From a virus, in IMG/VR virus record IMGVR_UViG_3300042566_000510, positions 13,492 through 77,491 of that record: a stretch of DNA of 64,000 nucleotides; one strand, 5' to 3'. Position numbers and translations under genes: made by a program. Shown here one piece after another: positions 38,483-47,186 of this stretch. Each line of letters opens with the position of its first letter. Position 1 is the stretch's first letter. The notes below the pieces were generated by a model. The model saw only the letters and a program-made list of their open reading frames with translations, did not search any database and was not told where the DNA came from.

Positions 38483-38703
38483 GACATGGCCTCCCCATCG
38501 GTGGCGAAGTCAATTGCCTCGATCATCATCCAGAACCCACGTATCTCGCTGGCCACCAGCGTCCATGCCGGGCTGTACATCAGCACCGCCGGCACGTAGC
38601 CCATTGAGGTGGGTGGCGCCGCGTGTGAGACGCGCCTGTCTGGGTCAATGCCGCGGAGCTCACAGAGTTTGCGCGCGGCTTTTTCGATTTGTTCTTCGGT
38701 CAT
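38479..38703 (-). CDS. Hypothetical protein
   Basis: Coupled ORF. Confidence 0.6.
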   Translation of the reverse strand: MTEEQIEKAARKLCELRGIDPDRRVSHAAPPTSMGYVPAVLMYSPAWTLVASEIRGFWMMIEAIDFATDGEAMS

Positions 38704-39134
38704 AGATCATCCTTTAATTCATGTTGCTTGAAAATGTAATGACCGCCGCGGCGCGACTGCACCCAGGTCAAACCCCAGGCCATCGAGTTGCTTTTCAATG
38801 CGTGGATGATTGACTCGTTGCCAGACCATCCTGCAGTCGAGATGAAGTACAGCTTGCCGCCATCCTTGTCGTAATCGTCGTCCTTCTCGTCGAGATCATT
38901 GGCGTCTACCTCGGCCCAGCCCCAGCTACGCAGGTGCCAGATGTCCTTGATGAACTCGAGCAGGCCCGTGGTATCGAGCCAGTGCCATTTCTCAATGAGC
39001 TCGAGGGCAGCGTCGGTTGGATAGCCGTCGTCGTCAGTCAGCTCCTCCTGCATTAGGCGAGCCTTGAGCTCGGCCCATGCAGCCTTGTCAGCCTCGAGCT
39101 TACGACTCATTTCTTCATGGTCGAATCGCTTCAT
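38700..39134 (-). CDS. Phage hypothetical protein
   Basis: DDDGYPT..STAGWSGNESII..SRRGGHYIF. Confidence 0.7.
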   Translation of the reverse strand: MKRFDHEEMSRKLEADKAAWAELKARLMQEELTDDDGYPTDAALELIEKWHWLDTTGLLEFIKDIWHLRSWGWAEVDANDLDEKDDDYDKDGGKLYFISTAGWSGNESIIHALKSNSMAWGLTWVQSRRGGHYIFKQHELKDDL

Positions 39135-39412
39135 TGATCAACACCCTCTGGGTCCGGCTTGTAGATCGTGTTGAGTGTCTCAAAGCTGCCGTCGTCATTG
39201 CGCTTTTGCACAGCGCTTGTGCGCACCGGTAGCGTGCCCAGGTAAGGGTGATCAATCGCGCTCACGTACGCGACGGTGTACTTACTCCCGACGTCGAAGT
39301 GAGCCTCTCCCGAAAAATACACAACAGGCTTGTTATGTTGATTTTTGTCCGAAATGTGTACACGTTCTTCGGACGTGTCGCCGGCATCGACATGTTGGTT
39401 TTCCATGATCAA
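39131..39412 (-). CDS. Hypothetical protein
   Basis: DHPYLG..VRTS..FETLNTIY. Confidence 0.6.
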   Translation of the reverse strand: MIMENQHVDAGDTSEERVHISDKNQHNKPVVYFSGEAHFDVGSKYTVAYVSAIDHPYLGTLPVRTSAVQKRNDDGSFETLNTIYKPDPEGVDQ

Positions 39413-39843
39413 ATCTTTCTCCTCCAGTAGAGGGAGGTCTCCAACCCATACGGGCTGCTTGGCTCATACATCTTGAAGCCGCAGGCGATGAGCGAGTTCG
39501 CCGAGGCTGGATTTTCTGAGGTGTCCGACAAGAGCCACTTGTAGCCAAGCTGCTTGGCCTTTGTGATTCGCACACGGATGAGCCGTTTCTGCAGCCCTTG
39601 CCCCTGGTGCTGCTCAAGCACTCCGGCGCGGGATAGGTAGCCCGTCTCCTGCCAGCGTCTGCTGGGCACCATGCCGGCGTATCCGATCGGAATGCCTGCG
39701 TCGGTATAGCAAAGCCACCACCACCCCTCGCTGGGCTTTTGCGGCACGTCGTACGGCAGCGTCTGCAACTGCAGGCGGGCGATGATTGCCCAGATCTCTG
39801 GGTCTTTGGGGTTGACTTGGCGCACTACATATTTCACGGCCAA
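39409..39843 (-). CDS. GNAT acetyltransferase
   Basis: AGVLEQHQGQGLQKRLI motif A; NPASANSLIACGF. Confidence 0.85.
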   Translation of the reverse strand: MAVKYVVRQVNPKDPEIWAIIARLQLQTLPYDVPQKPSEGWWWLCYTDAGIPIGYAGMVPSRRWQETGYLSRAGVLEQHQGQGLQKRLIRVRITKAKQLGYKWLLSDTSENPASANSLIACGFKMYEPSSPYGLETSLYWRRKI

Positions 39844-39846
39844 GCC

Positions 39847-40257
39847 TTACATCAATCCGCTCCACGGGTTGGCCAGCTTTGATGTTGGTCGCTTCCCTGT
39901 TTTGCTGAACCCAAACTTCTCCATCATCTTCGGGGCGGTGTAGTAGTACGTCATGTGAACGCTCTGCCCGAACTTGATCGCAATGTCATTGCAGGTCACG
40001 CCCTTCGCCCTGAGCTCGCACATTTGCTTGGCAATCTTCTGGCGCCCGGCAACAAGCGTCTTCCACTCGCCCGTCTGGCGCTGCTCCCATTTGGCAATGT
40101 CGCTCTTGGCGTAGCTGAATGCTCCTGGCGGGAGCTCTCGCGTGGTGAATCGGTGACCGCAATCGCCGCACGCGCGGCGCCTCGAGATGATGCCCGTGTC
40201 AGCTGTTCGGGTTGATAGCACGCTACTGTCAGGCGCGTGGCACTTCGGGCACTTCAC
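39847..40257 (-). CDS. NrdR-like zinc-ribbon protein with C-terminal HTH
   Basis: MKCPKC..VLSTR..RRRACGDCGHRFTTRE; no ATP-cone; C-terminal GVTCNDIAIKFG. Confidence 0.75.
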   Translation of the reverse strand: MKCPKCHAPDSSVLSTRTADTGIISRRRACGDCGHRFTTRELPPGAFSYAKSDIAKWEQRQTGEWKTLVAGRQKIAKQMCELRAKGVTCNDIAIKFGQSVHMTYYYTAPKMMEKFGFSKTGKRPTSKLANPWSGLM

Positions 40258-40400
40258 TGCCCATCAAACTGCTGCTTGCAGTTCGCCTCGCACTCACACA
40301 CGCAGCCGTTGCGGCCACTCATCACACATAGCGAGAGCACGAAAACTCCCGCGGTAGCCCCTACGATTAGGGCAAATACAAGCCATAGCCAATGAACCAT
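40254..40400 (-). CDS. Small membrane protein (48 aa, not in ORF track)
   Basis: AGGAGG RBS; MVHWLWLVFALIVGATAGVFVLSLC. Confidence 0.6.
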   Translation of the reverse strand: MVHWLWLVFALIVGATAGVFVLSLCVMSGRNGCVCECEANCKQQFDGQ

Positions 40401-40424
40401 TTGAACCTCCTAAGTTGTGCGCTT

Positions 40425-40463
40425 ATTATGCCAACAGTTTGTTGACTGCACAACGTATTGTTG
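40425..40463 (-). promoter_or_regulatory. Leftward promoter with two operators
   Basis: TTGTGC-17-CATAAT; CAACAGTTTGTTG at 40432 and CAACGTATTGTTG at 40451. Confidence 0.7.
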
Positions 40464-40475
40464 CTGTCGTGCGAC

Positions 40476-40506
40476 AAAAAAAAGAGCCCGCCGAAGCGAG
40501 CTCTTT
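40476..40506 (-). terminator. Rho-independent terminator ending the ncRNA transcript
   Basis: Minus strand AAAGAGCTCGC-ttcg-GCGGGCTCTTTTTTTT. Confidence 0.85.
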
Positions 40507-40685
40507 GCGCGTTCCCTGCATTCGTCCCTGGATGAAGACCGGAGGCCCAAGTTTCGATGGCATGCGGGGCTGGTCCCTAGTGCGCTATCTAGGGTCAAGG
40601 TCGCCTCTTGTGTCGTCTGTTGGTGGCTCCGTTAATTTTTGAGCGCGGGCTCCGACGGAACAGCGGAGGTAGAACAATATTCACA

Positions 40686-40775
40686 CCAACACGACTGAGG
40701 ACTGCCGCGAATTCCCTCCGCAAGGCGGATTAACTGCCTCGCCAGACAGTGTTTCGCAATCCTCATGCGTGTTGG
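40686..40775 (-). ncRNA. Multibranched structured RNA module
   Basis: CCAACACG..TGAGGA / TCCTCA..CGTGTTGG closing stem with internal hairpins. Confidence 0.5.
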
Positions 40776-40938
40776 CCCGGGAGCTACCCGGGTACTACGC
40801 CACGTCTCTCCGTGATGTCTCTGCCTTTTCCGACCAAGCGCAGCAGTTTGGCTTTCGTTTCGTTCGAGTTTCGACTATCGGCCTCTACTCCAGCCTCTCG
40901 TAGCGGCAGGTGACGTGATGACACTTGTACTTCGCGCC

Positions 40939-41052
40939 ATCAAGTCTTTGCACGCTGTCTGCAGTTACTGCTAGACACCATCCCTCGCATGAAAAATTAC
41001 CCATGCCAATTGCGTTTGCAACCGCAGTTCAGGCGACATGCAAAGACTTGAT
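40939..41052 (-). ncRNA. Cloverleaf RNA module
   Basis: Perfect 14-bp closing stem ATCAAGTCTTTGCA/TGCAAAGACTTGAT enclosing three hairpins. Confidence 0.55.
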
Positions 41053-41222
41053 AGTCCCCGTCTTCCCGGGGTGCCAGAGACCTGTTGGCCGGTGCTCCTC
41101 GCGCTCTAGTGATATGGCCCAATTGCAAAGCCCGCCCCAGGACAGGTCGCCTGGCGAGTGACACCCTTCATGGACATTTAGAGGCCGTCTTGAAGGATGA
41201 AGTCATCCAGCCTTTTTTTTGT

Positions 41223-41311
41223 TGATGGTGGCCTGTACTGATCTCAGGCTTTTCGTTAGGCGGCAATGCGGCCTGTTCGCTTGGGCGCATCAGCCTGCGC
41301 ATTCACCATCA
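41223..41311 (-). ncRNA. C4-antisense-RNA-like cloverleaf
   Basis: Minus strand GATGGTGAATGCGCAGGCTGATGCGC..GCCTGAGATCAGTACAGGCCACCATC; resembles the C4 family from memory only. Confidence 0.6.
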
Positions 41312-41424
41312 CATCAGCGGGCCGGGCTTGATTCCGGCTATCGACTTGTCAAAATCCCAAAGTGCAGAGTCGTACGTACTCGGGGATCTCTCTGTGCGTG
41401 CCCTTCCACGCCGCCGCTGATGTG
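41310..41424 (-). ncRNA. tRNA-like RNA with long variable middle arm
   Basis: 11-bp closing stem CACATCAGCGG/CCGCTGATGTG; D-like arm CGTGGAAGGGCACG; T-like arm GCCGG-AATCAAGC-CCGGC. Confidence 0.55.
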
Positions 41425-41550
41425 AGGGTCCAGTTCTGTTCTCTGGCGTCATCTGCTTAGCACATTCACCCGCAGCTTAGGTGTCTAGGAGTCCCGGCTT
41501 TGCGCCGGGCCGCATGTGCAATACGGCTAATGGCTTGCGAAAGCGCTCCC

Positions 41551-41589
41551 AGTATAGCAACTATTTGTTGGTCTGCAACAGTTTTGTTG
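41551..41589 (-). promoter_or_regulatory. Leftward promoter with two operators driving the ncRNA cluster
   Basis: TTGCAG-16-TATACT; CAACTATTTGTTG at 41558; CAACAGTTTTGTTG at 41576. Confidence 0.65.
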
Positions 41590-41827
41590 CAAGTTTATGT
41601 GCGGATGCGATTCCAAGCGTCGGGCAATCGCACATCGAACCTGACCCTACGTACGCGAACTCACGGCCTCCGTAGTGAACCGCCGCGATGATGCCGACAA
41701 TCTTCCCCTCGACAGCCTCTTTCAGCAGCGCCTGCAGATGCTGCACCGTCTTCGGGTCACGCTGCTTTTCTGCGAGCCGAATTACGGTTGCCGGACCTTG
41801 CTTTGGTGTGCGTTGTTTCTTTACCAC
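41561..41827 (-). CDS. Hypothetical protein downstream of the repressor
   Basis: LQALLKEAVEGKIVGIIAA; GGAG RBS. Confidence 0.6.
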   Translation of the reverse strand: MVKKQRTPKQGPATVIRLAEKQRDPKTVQHLQALLKEAVEGKIVGIIAAVHYGGREFAYVGSGSMCDCPTLGIASAHKLATKLLQTNK

Positions 41828-42239
41828 GGTCTCCTGCGCTTTCTTTGTCGTTGAACGGGCGTGTTGTGCTTTCCTTCACGCGCTCCGGCATTGCAACGGC
41901 ATCACCAGTCAGAGCCCTGAGATGCATGTCAACAAGGTCGCCTATCAAAGCTTTGGCTGGCGGCGGGAGGCGTGAGATCTGTAGCAGTAGAGCAACGTCA
42001 TTGGGATCAATCATCCCTGAGATTTGCGACCGCTTTTCAGCGGCCCTTGAGCCCTCGGTCCAATCAATGTTGAAGCTCAGCGCGGTCTCTAGCGCGTTGG
42101 TCTTGGACTTGCCTGGGAAGCTGCGTCCGTTCTCCCAGTGCCTGATCGACTGGGCGGAAGTGCCTAGACGTTTGGCTAGTTCGTTGACCGTAATACCTAA
42201 CTGCTCTCGGCGCAGCTTGATCTGATCCTTGACCTTCAT
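41757..42239 (-). CDS. XRE-family HTH repressor (CI-like, no S24 peptidase domain)
   Basis: IKLRREQLGITVNELAKRLGTSAQSIRHWENGRSFP; at the divergence point with operators upstream. Confidence 0.8.
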   Translation of the reverse strand: MKVKDQIKLRREQLGITVNELAKRLGTSAQSIRHWENGRSFPGKSKTNALETALSFNIDWTEGSRAAEKRSQISGMIDPNDVALLLQISRLPPPAKALIGDLVDMHLRALTGDAVAMPERVKESTTRPFNDKESAGDRGKETTHTKARSGNRNSARRKAA

Positions 42240-42365
42240 GTCGACCCCTGGTTGAAAACGAAAGGTCTAGCAACATCGAATATACACAACAAACATTTCG
42301 TTGACAAGCAAGGCAAAACATCACGACAATCCACCGCAACATCTTGTTTTTTTGGAGGACTAACT

Positions 42366-42686
42366 ATGAACTGCAAACCTGGCGATCTCGCGATCGTCAT
42401 ACGCTCACGACATCCTGCGAACGTAGGACTAATCGTACAGGTGCTGCACGCATACCAGACTGGCGAGAAGGGGATTCTCAGCCTGGACAAAGGGCACCTA
42501 TGGTTGTGTACGACAGCTGGTTCACCACTGTTGATGACCAGCGCATGGGGCGTAGGCGTTCACCGCCTTGATACATGCCCCATTCCGGATGACTGCCTGC
42601 GACCACTTCCGCCTGAGCAAAATGTTGACGACACCTCAGACTGTGTTGTGAAAACACAACACATCGGCGAGCCAGTCGCGGCGTAA
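42366..42686 (+). CDS. Hypothetical protein
   Basis: GGAGG RBS; MNCKPGDLAIV..IPDDCLRPL. Confidence 0.7.
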   Translation: MNCKPGDLAIVIRSRHPANVGLIVQVLHAYQTGEKGILSLDKGHLWLCTTAGSPLLMTSAWGVGVHRLDTCPIPDDCLRPLPPEQNVDDTSDCVVKTQHIGEPVAA

Positions 42687-42724
42687 AGCGCGAATTGAAA
42701 GCCCTACGAAAGCGGTCGGGTAAT

Positions 42725-42762
42725 CAACATTATGTTGCGTTGCAAACATTTGGTTGTAGAAT
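42725..42762 (+). promoter_or_regulatory. Rightward replication-operon promoter with two operators
   Basis: CAACATTATGTTG at 42725; AAACATTTGGTTG at 42744; TTGCGT-16-TAGAAT. Confidence 0.65.
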
Positions 42763-42945
42763 CCGCACCGTCCCCTTGGCGGGGGAGGGAAAAAGAGCAA
42801 GCCCAAGCCGGAATCCTGCAGGTTGCTCGCCTGTCCGCCAACGCCAGCGCAATGCTGGTGAGGATTCCGACTTGGGCTTTTGTACTTCCGGACACCGGAA
42901 GGGAAAGAAAGATGTGAAAAAAGAGATCGTTCAGGTGGGGTCAGG

Positions 42946-43776
42946 ATGAACTACTACCCACACCACATTGGAGACTTCGATCGCGCCACACGTCACCTGA
43001 CGCGAGTTGAGCGCAGCGTGTATCGAGACTTGATCGATGTGTACTACGACACCGAGCGCCCGCTGACGCTCGATCAGAAGGCGTTGTGTCGTTTGATCAT
43101 CGCCCGTACTAACGAGGAGGCAACGGCCGTTGCGCAGGTGTTGAGCGAGTTCTTTGACGAGACGCCAACGGGCTGGTACCACGCCCGCTGCGAAGAGGAG
43201 ATCGCCCACTTCCGCGCCAACAAAGGGCAAAAGGCTGAGGCCGGAAGGAAATCTGCGGCGGCTCGAGCACTCCGAAAGCAACAGGCGATCAACGGCTGTT
43301 CAACGGGCGTTGAGCAAACGTCTAACGGAGCTCCAACTAACCAAGAACCAGGAACCAATAACCAAGAACCAGGAACCACTACCCCGACCCCGTCGGATGT
43401 GTGCGGCCCATCAACGGATGATCATCTGGCTGATGGGTTCGATGATTTTTGGGAAGCATGGCCAAGCCATCACCGTAAGGCGGACCGGGCTAAGTGCCTG
43501 AAGTACTGGCGCGCAGAGAATCTTCACCAGTGCGCGGCTCCCGTTGTTGCCAGCGTGGAGGCTTGGAAGCAGTCCGCGCAATGGACAAAAGATGGTGGCG
43601 AGTACATCCCGGCTCCGCTGCCATGGCTGCGCAAGCGAGTGTTCGAGGCGCCAGCGCCAGCCGCTGCCTCGGCTGTCCTGCCGTTCAACCGCCAGGTCGC
43701 TCAGGAGCAGCGAAACCAAGACGCCGTCGACCAGTGGCTCGCTTCGCAACAGGGGGTCGTCTATGAAGCCGAGTGA
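42946..43776 (+). CDS. Replication initiator, YdaU/DUF1376 family
   Basis: MNYYPHHIGDF..HLTRVERSVYRDLIDVYY; FDDFWEAWP..YIPAPLPWL. Confidence 0.85.
   Translation: MNYYPHHIGDFDRATRHLTRVERSVYRDLIDVYYDTERPLTLDQKALCRLIIARTNEEATAVAQVLSEFFDETPTGWYHARCEEEIAHFRANKGQKAEAGRKSAAARALRKQQAINGCSTGVEQTSNGAPTNQEPGTNNQEPGTTTPTPSDVCGPSTDDHLADGFDDFWEAWPSHHRKADRAKCLKYWRAENLHQCAAPVVASVEAWKQSAQWTKDGGEYIPAPLPWLRKRVFEAPAPAAASAVLPFNRQVAQEQRNQDAVDQWLASQQGVVYEAE
43290..43378. repeat. Probable origin iterons within the initiator gene
   Basis: 11-bp periodic CAACGG-like units at 43290-43337 and two copies of TAACCAAGAACCAGGAACCA (43338, 43359). Confidence 0.65.
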
Positions 43777-44422
43777 CCAACAGAAGTTTGGCGCCCTGCT
43801 CCGCGACGTCATGGCGTTTTACAAGCAGGACGTCAGCCCATTCGCTTTGTCGGTCTGGTGGCAGGCATGCGAGCGCTACGACCTCGAGCAAGTGTCCAAG
43901 GCTCTGACCCGCCACGCCATGGATCCCGAGCGCGGCCAGTTCCCGCCAAAGCCTGCCGACCTGGTGCGCCAGCTTGCCGGCACAGCAACTGACCGGGCGA
44001 TGCTTGCATGGGGCAAGGTCATGGAGGCCATGCAGCGGATCGGCCAGTACACCGACGTCGTCTTCGATGACCCCGCAATTCACGCCGTCATTGAGGATTT
44101 GGGTGGGTGGTCAAAGGTCTGCCGGATTGAGATGAAAGACCTCTCGTACCTGCAGCACCGCTTCACCGAATCGCACCGCGCCTACAGCAACAGCGAGACG
44201 TTTCAGTACCCGCGAAAGCTGATGGGTGACCGCAGCCCAGACAGCGAGTACGCGAAGCACGGGCTGCCACCACCCAAGCCTGCTGTGGTTGGTGACGTCG
44301 AGCAGGCTCGGTTGGTCTATCAAGGTGGCCAGATCGGTGGGAAGTCAAGCATCTCGCACGGGCTGATTGGTCTCACCGACATGCTTGTGAAGCGGCTCGA
44401 GGATCACAGCGATGCTGCGTGA
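43763..44422 (+). CDS. Helicase-loader-like replication protein (DUF6475-like)
   Basis: GQFPPKPADL..AWGKV..VVFDDPAIHAVIEDLGGW; follows the initiator. Confidence 0.75.
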   Translation: MKPSDQQKFGALLRDVMAFYKQDVSPFALSVWWQACERYDLEQVSKALTRHAMDPERGQFPPKPADLVRQLAGTATDRAMLAWGKVMEAMQRIGQYTDVVFDDPAIHAVIEDLGGWSKVCRIEMKDLSYLQHRFTESHRAYSNSETFQYPRKLMGDRSPDSEYAKHGLPPPKPAVVGDVEQARLVYQGGQIGGKSSISHGLIGLTDMLVKRLEDHSDAA

Positions 44423-44588
44423 GCGCTGCAACTTCGAGGAGCTCGAGGCTCATCGCATCCTTGACATGGCTAAGGCTGGTGCGGACGTGCCAGTCTCAAC
44501 AATAAGCTGGGCGCTCTTCGTGCTCGGCGATGGAATCGGAATTGTTCAACTACGAGGTGACTTATGCAACCACATCAAAAACGCGTGA
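44412..44588 (+). CDS. Small hypothetical protein (58 aa, not in ORF track)
   Basis: AHRILDMAKAG..ISWALFVLGD. Confidence 0.5.
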   Translation: MLRERCNFEELEAHRILDMAKAGADVPVSTISWALFVLGDGIGIVQLRGDLCNHIKNA

Positions 44589-44770
44589 TCGATGAAAAGA
44601 AGGAGCTCGACGATAAGATCGAGGCCTTAACCAACTTCATCGGAACACCAACGTACCACTCAATCACGCACCAGGATCAGTTCCTTTTGCGTCGTCAGCT
44701 CGTGGCCATGAGTGAGTACTCCGCCATCTTGCGCGAGCGCATCGACTTGTTTGGGATGGTCGATGTCTAA
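44564..44770 (+). CDS. Small phage protein
   Basis: QKRVIDEKKELDDKIEAL..QLVAMSEYSAILRERI. Confidence 0.75.
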   Translation: MQPHQKRVIDEKKELDDKIEALTNFIGTPTYHSITHQDQFLLRRQLVAMSEYSAILRERIDLFGMVDV

Positions 44771-45122
44771 GGCGAAGTCCATCATCGTCTGCGGAGGACG
44801 AGACTACAACGACATGCGCGCAGTCTACAAAGCCTTGGATGCAATGGCTGCCAAGAGCGAGATCGCAATGATCATCCAGGGTGGCGCTGATGGCGCCGAC
44901 AAGATGGCCCTGGCCTGGGCATTCCAGCGCTGCGTGCCATGCCTGAGCGTGCCGGCCGACTGGGGGCAGCACGGCAAAGCGGCCGGCCCGATTCGCAATC
45001 GCAAGATGCTCGAGTACGTGGTCGACGGTGTTGTCGCTTTCCCTGGTGGAGACGGCACGGCCGACATGATTCGTCAGGCCAAGGAGGCGGGCGTTCCCGT
45101 ATGGGAGCCGTACCGTGGCTGA
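44763..45122 (+). CDS. SLOG/YspA-like (DUF2493) protein
   Basis: IIVCGGRDY; GGADGAD; GKAAGPIRN; AFPGGDGT. Confidence 0.85.
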   Translation: MSKAKSIIVCGGRDYNDMRAVYKALDAMAAKSEIAMIIQGGADGADKMALAWAFQRCVPCLSVPADWGQHGKAAGPIRNRKMLEYVVDGVVAFPGGDGTADMIRQAKEAGVPVWEPYRG

Positions 45123-45447
45123 TACTGACCGAGAGCTGATGGATCTAGCCGCGAAGGCGGCTGGGGCCAAAATGACGGACTACTCTGACAACACTCCCGA
45201 CCACTGGATTTTTCCAAACGCGCACGGCTACTGGGTCAGGTGGAGCCCGCTTGAGGATGACGGCGACGCGTTGCGGCTGGCGGTAAAGCTGGGTCTGAAA
45301 GTTGAGATTTACAGCCGCCGGATGGAGCCATTCACACGAGTGCCGGTGGTGATTGGTGGTGTTGAGGAAGAGCATCGCGATAATCCGTTCAAAGCAACCC
45401 GCCGCGCCATTGTCAGGGCTGCTGCTGAGATTGGGAGGGCAATGTAA
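45115..45447 (+). CDS. Phage hypothetical protein
   Basis: WSPLEDDGDALRLAVKL..ATRRAIVRAAAEIG. Confidence 0.75.
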   Translation: MADTDRELMDLAAKAAGAKMTDYSDNTPDHWIFPNAHGYWVRWSPLEDDGDALRLAVKLGLKVEIYSRRMEPFTRVPVVIGGVEEEHRDNPFKATRRAIVRAAAEIGRAM

Positions 45448-45971
45448 TGGCTGCAACCAATCAACTCGACATTGACCTGCTCAGGTCGATGCTGCACTAC
45501 GACCCGGAAACGGGGATCTTTACATGGAGGTCAAAGCCATCCAAACAGATCAAGATTGGCGATGTTGCTGGCTGTCTTGGTGATCATGGCTACATCCTGA
45601 TCAGGCTCCGGGGAGTGCTGTACAAGGCTCACCGCCTTGCCTGGTTCTACGTCTATGGAGAATGGCCGACGGCAGAGGTTGATCATATCAACGGCAAGCC
45701 AGCGGACAACAGGCTGTCCAATCTTCGCGAGGCGACGCGCAAACAAAACATGGAGAACCGCGGCCTAAACGCGAACAACTCCACAGGATTTCGCGGCGTG
45801 ACTTTCACCAAGAGACTGAACAAGTTCAAGGCTACCCTGCGGCATCACTGGAAGACGCACAATCTCGGGCACTTCGACACCGCCGAAGAGGCAGCTGCTG
45901 TCGTGTCGGCCAAACGCGCAGATCTATTCACTCACGACGATGGTCGGGATCGCGGAGTGATGCATGGCTGA
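45447..45971 (+). CDS. HNH homing endonuclease with AP2-like domain
   Basis: YDPETGIFTW..AHRLAWFY..VDHINGKPADNRLSNLR. Confidence 0.9.
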   Translation: MAATNQLDIDLLRSMLHYDPETGIFTWRSKPSKQIKIGDVAGCLGDHGYILIRLRGVLYKAHRLAWFYVYGEWPTAEVDHINGKPADNRLSNLREATRKQNMENRGLNANNSTGFRGVTFTKRLNKFKATLRHHWKTHNLGHFDTAEEAAAVVSAKRADLFTHDDGRDRGVMHG

Positions 45972-46437
45972 AATCCTGATGATCCGGCAGCCTGGCGGTT
46001 CTCTCATTCCCGCAACAGACGAGGACGCGGAAGCTCTGCGGAAGATCAAGGCGGGCGAAGCAGTTCGGGTTGACGTCAAGAAGATCCGCAACTACAAATT
46101 CCTTCAAAAATTCTTCACGCTTGCCAAGTTCGCTTTCGACATCTGGGCCGACACCATTCCTCCGCAGGAATACAAAGGCGTCGAGGTGCGACCAAACTTC
46201 GACCGGTTCCGAAAGGACTTGATCATTCTCGGCGGCAGGTTCGACGCGGTGTACAACGCCCGAGGCGAGGTGCGCGTGGAGGCTAAGTCCATCAGCTTTG
46301 CCAGCATGAGCGAGGAGGAGTTCGAGAAGCTCTACTCGGACACCATCGACGTGATCCTGCAGAAGATTTTAACGAGCTCGAGCATGACGGAGGAGCAGCT
46401 GCGAGGGCATGTTGAGGAGGTTCTTCGCTACACATAA
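45964..46437 (+). CDS. DUF1367/NinB-like protein
   Basis: RNYKFLQKFF..FDRFRKDL..AKSISFASMSEEEFEKLY. Confidence 0.8.
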   Translation: MAEILMIRQPGGSLIPATDEDAEALRKIKAGEAVRVDVKKIRNYKFLQKFFTLAKFAFDIWADTIPPQEYKGVEVRPNFDRFRKDLIILGGRFDAVYNARGEVRVEAKSISFASMSEEEFEKLYSDTIDVILQKILTSSSMTEEQLRGHVEEVLRYT

Positions 46438-46521
46438 TTGTTGCGCATCAATAAAGTACTTCCCGCGATGTTGTTTTTATGGTACAAACTGTTCCATCGC
46501 AAACAAATTGTTGGAATGTAG

Positions 46522-46803
46522 ATGCTCAAAAAAGAACTAATCGAACGAACCGCCTACGTCTCTGGCCAGTCCAATGGCGTGGTGCGGTCTGTCTTGGACG
46601 CTGCCGCGGCCGTCGTCAAGAAAGCGATCTCCAAGGGAGACAGCGTCATGCTTGCCGGCCTGGGTAAATTGCACACCGTGCAACGCGGTGAGAAGCGTGC
46701 GAGAAACCTGCACACCGGTGAGACGGTCATGGTCCCTCCCCGCAAGGCTGTCATGCTGCAGCCCAGCGACTCATTGGTCGACGCCGCAAACAGCAAGCAG
46801 TAA
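46522..46803 (+). CDS. HU-family DNA-binding protein
   Basis: KKELIE..GDSVMLAGLGKL..ARNLHTGETVMVPPRK. Confidence 0.9.
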   Translation: MLKKELIERTAYVSGQSNGVVRSVLDAAAAVVKKAISKGDSVMLAGLGKLHTVQRGEKRARNLHTGETVMVPPRKAVMLQPSDSLVDAANSKQ

Positions 46804-47186
46804 TGGCAGCACCGCAGTTCCCCGCCTCAATCCGCAAGGTTAGGTCAAAGTACGGCGCCACGCGCGTCCAAGTCGACGGGCATACCTTTGCGTCGAAAGC
46901 TGAAAGTAAACGCTTCCTGCAGCTCAAAGAGCTCGAGCGCCTTGGCCAGATTGACAGTCTTGAGTTGCAGCCGATGTACGTGCTGGCTCCTGGTGTGCGG
47001 TTCTCCACGGCAACCCGCGCCACACCAGCCCTACGCTACCAGGCCGACTTCCGCTACCGCGACCACCTTGGCGAGCTCGTTGTTGAAGACGTCAAAGGCG
47101 GCCCTGTGACGGAAGGGTTTCGCATCAAGAAGCACCTCATGCTCGCAATCCATGGGATCGAAGTGAGAGAAGTGAGGGTTCGATGA
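46803..47186 (+). CDS. DUF1064-family endonuclease
   Basis: KYGA..DGHTFASKAE..YQADFRY..VEDVKG. Confidence 0.85.
   Translation: MAAPQFPASIRKVRSKYGATRVQVDGHTFASKAESKRFLQLKELERLGQIDSLELQPMYVLAPGVRFSTATRATPALRYQADFRYRDHLGELVVEDVKGGPVTEGFRIKKHLMLAIHGIEVREVRVR

Noticed and set aside
40410-41425. Short ORFs in the ncRNA region
   Set aside because: No RBS, unnatural composition, and they overlap strong RNA stems
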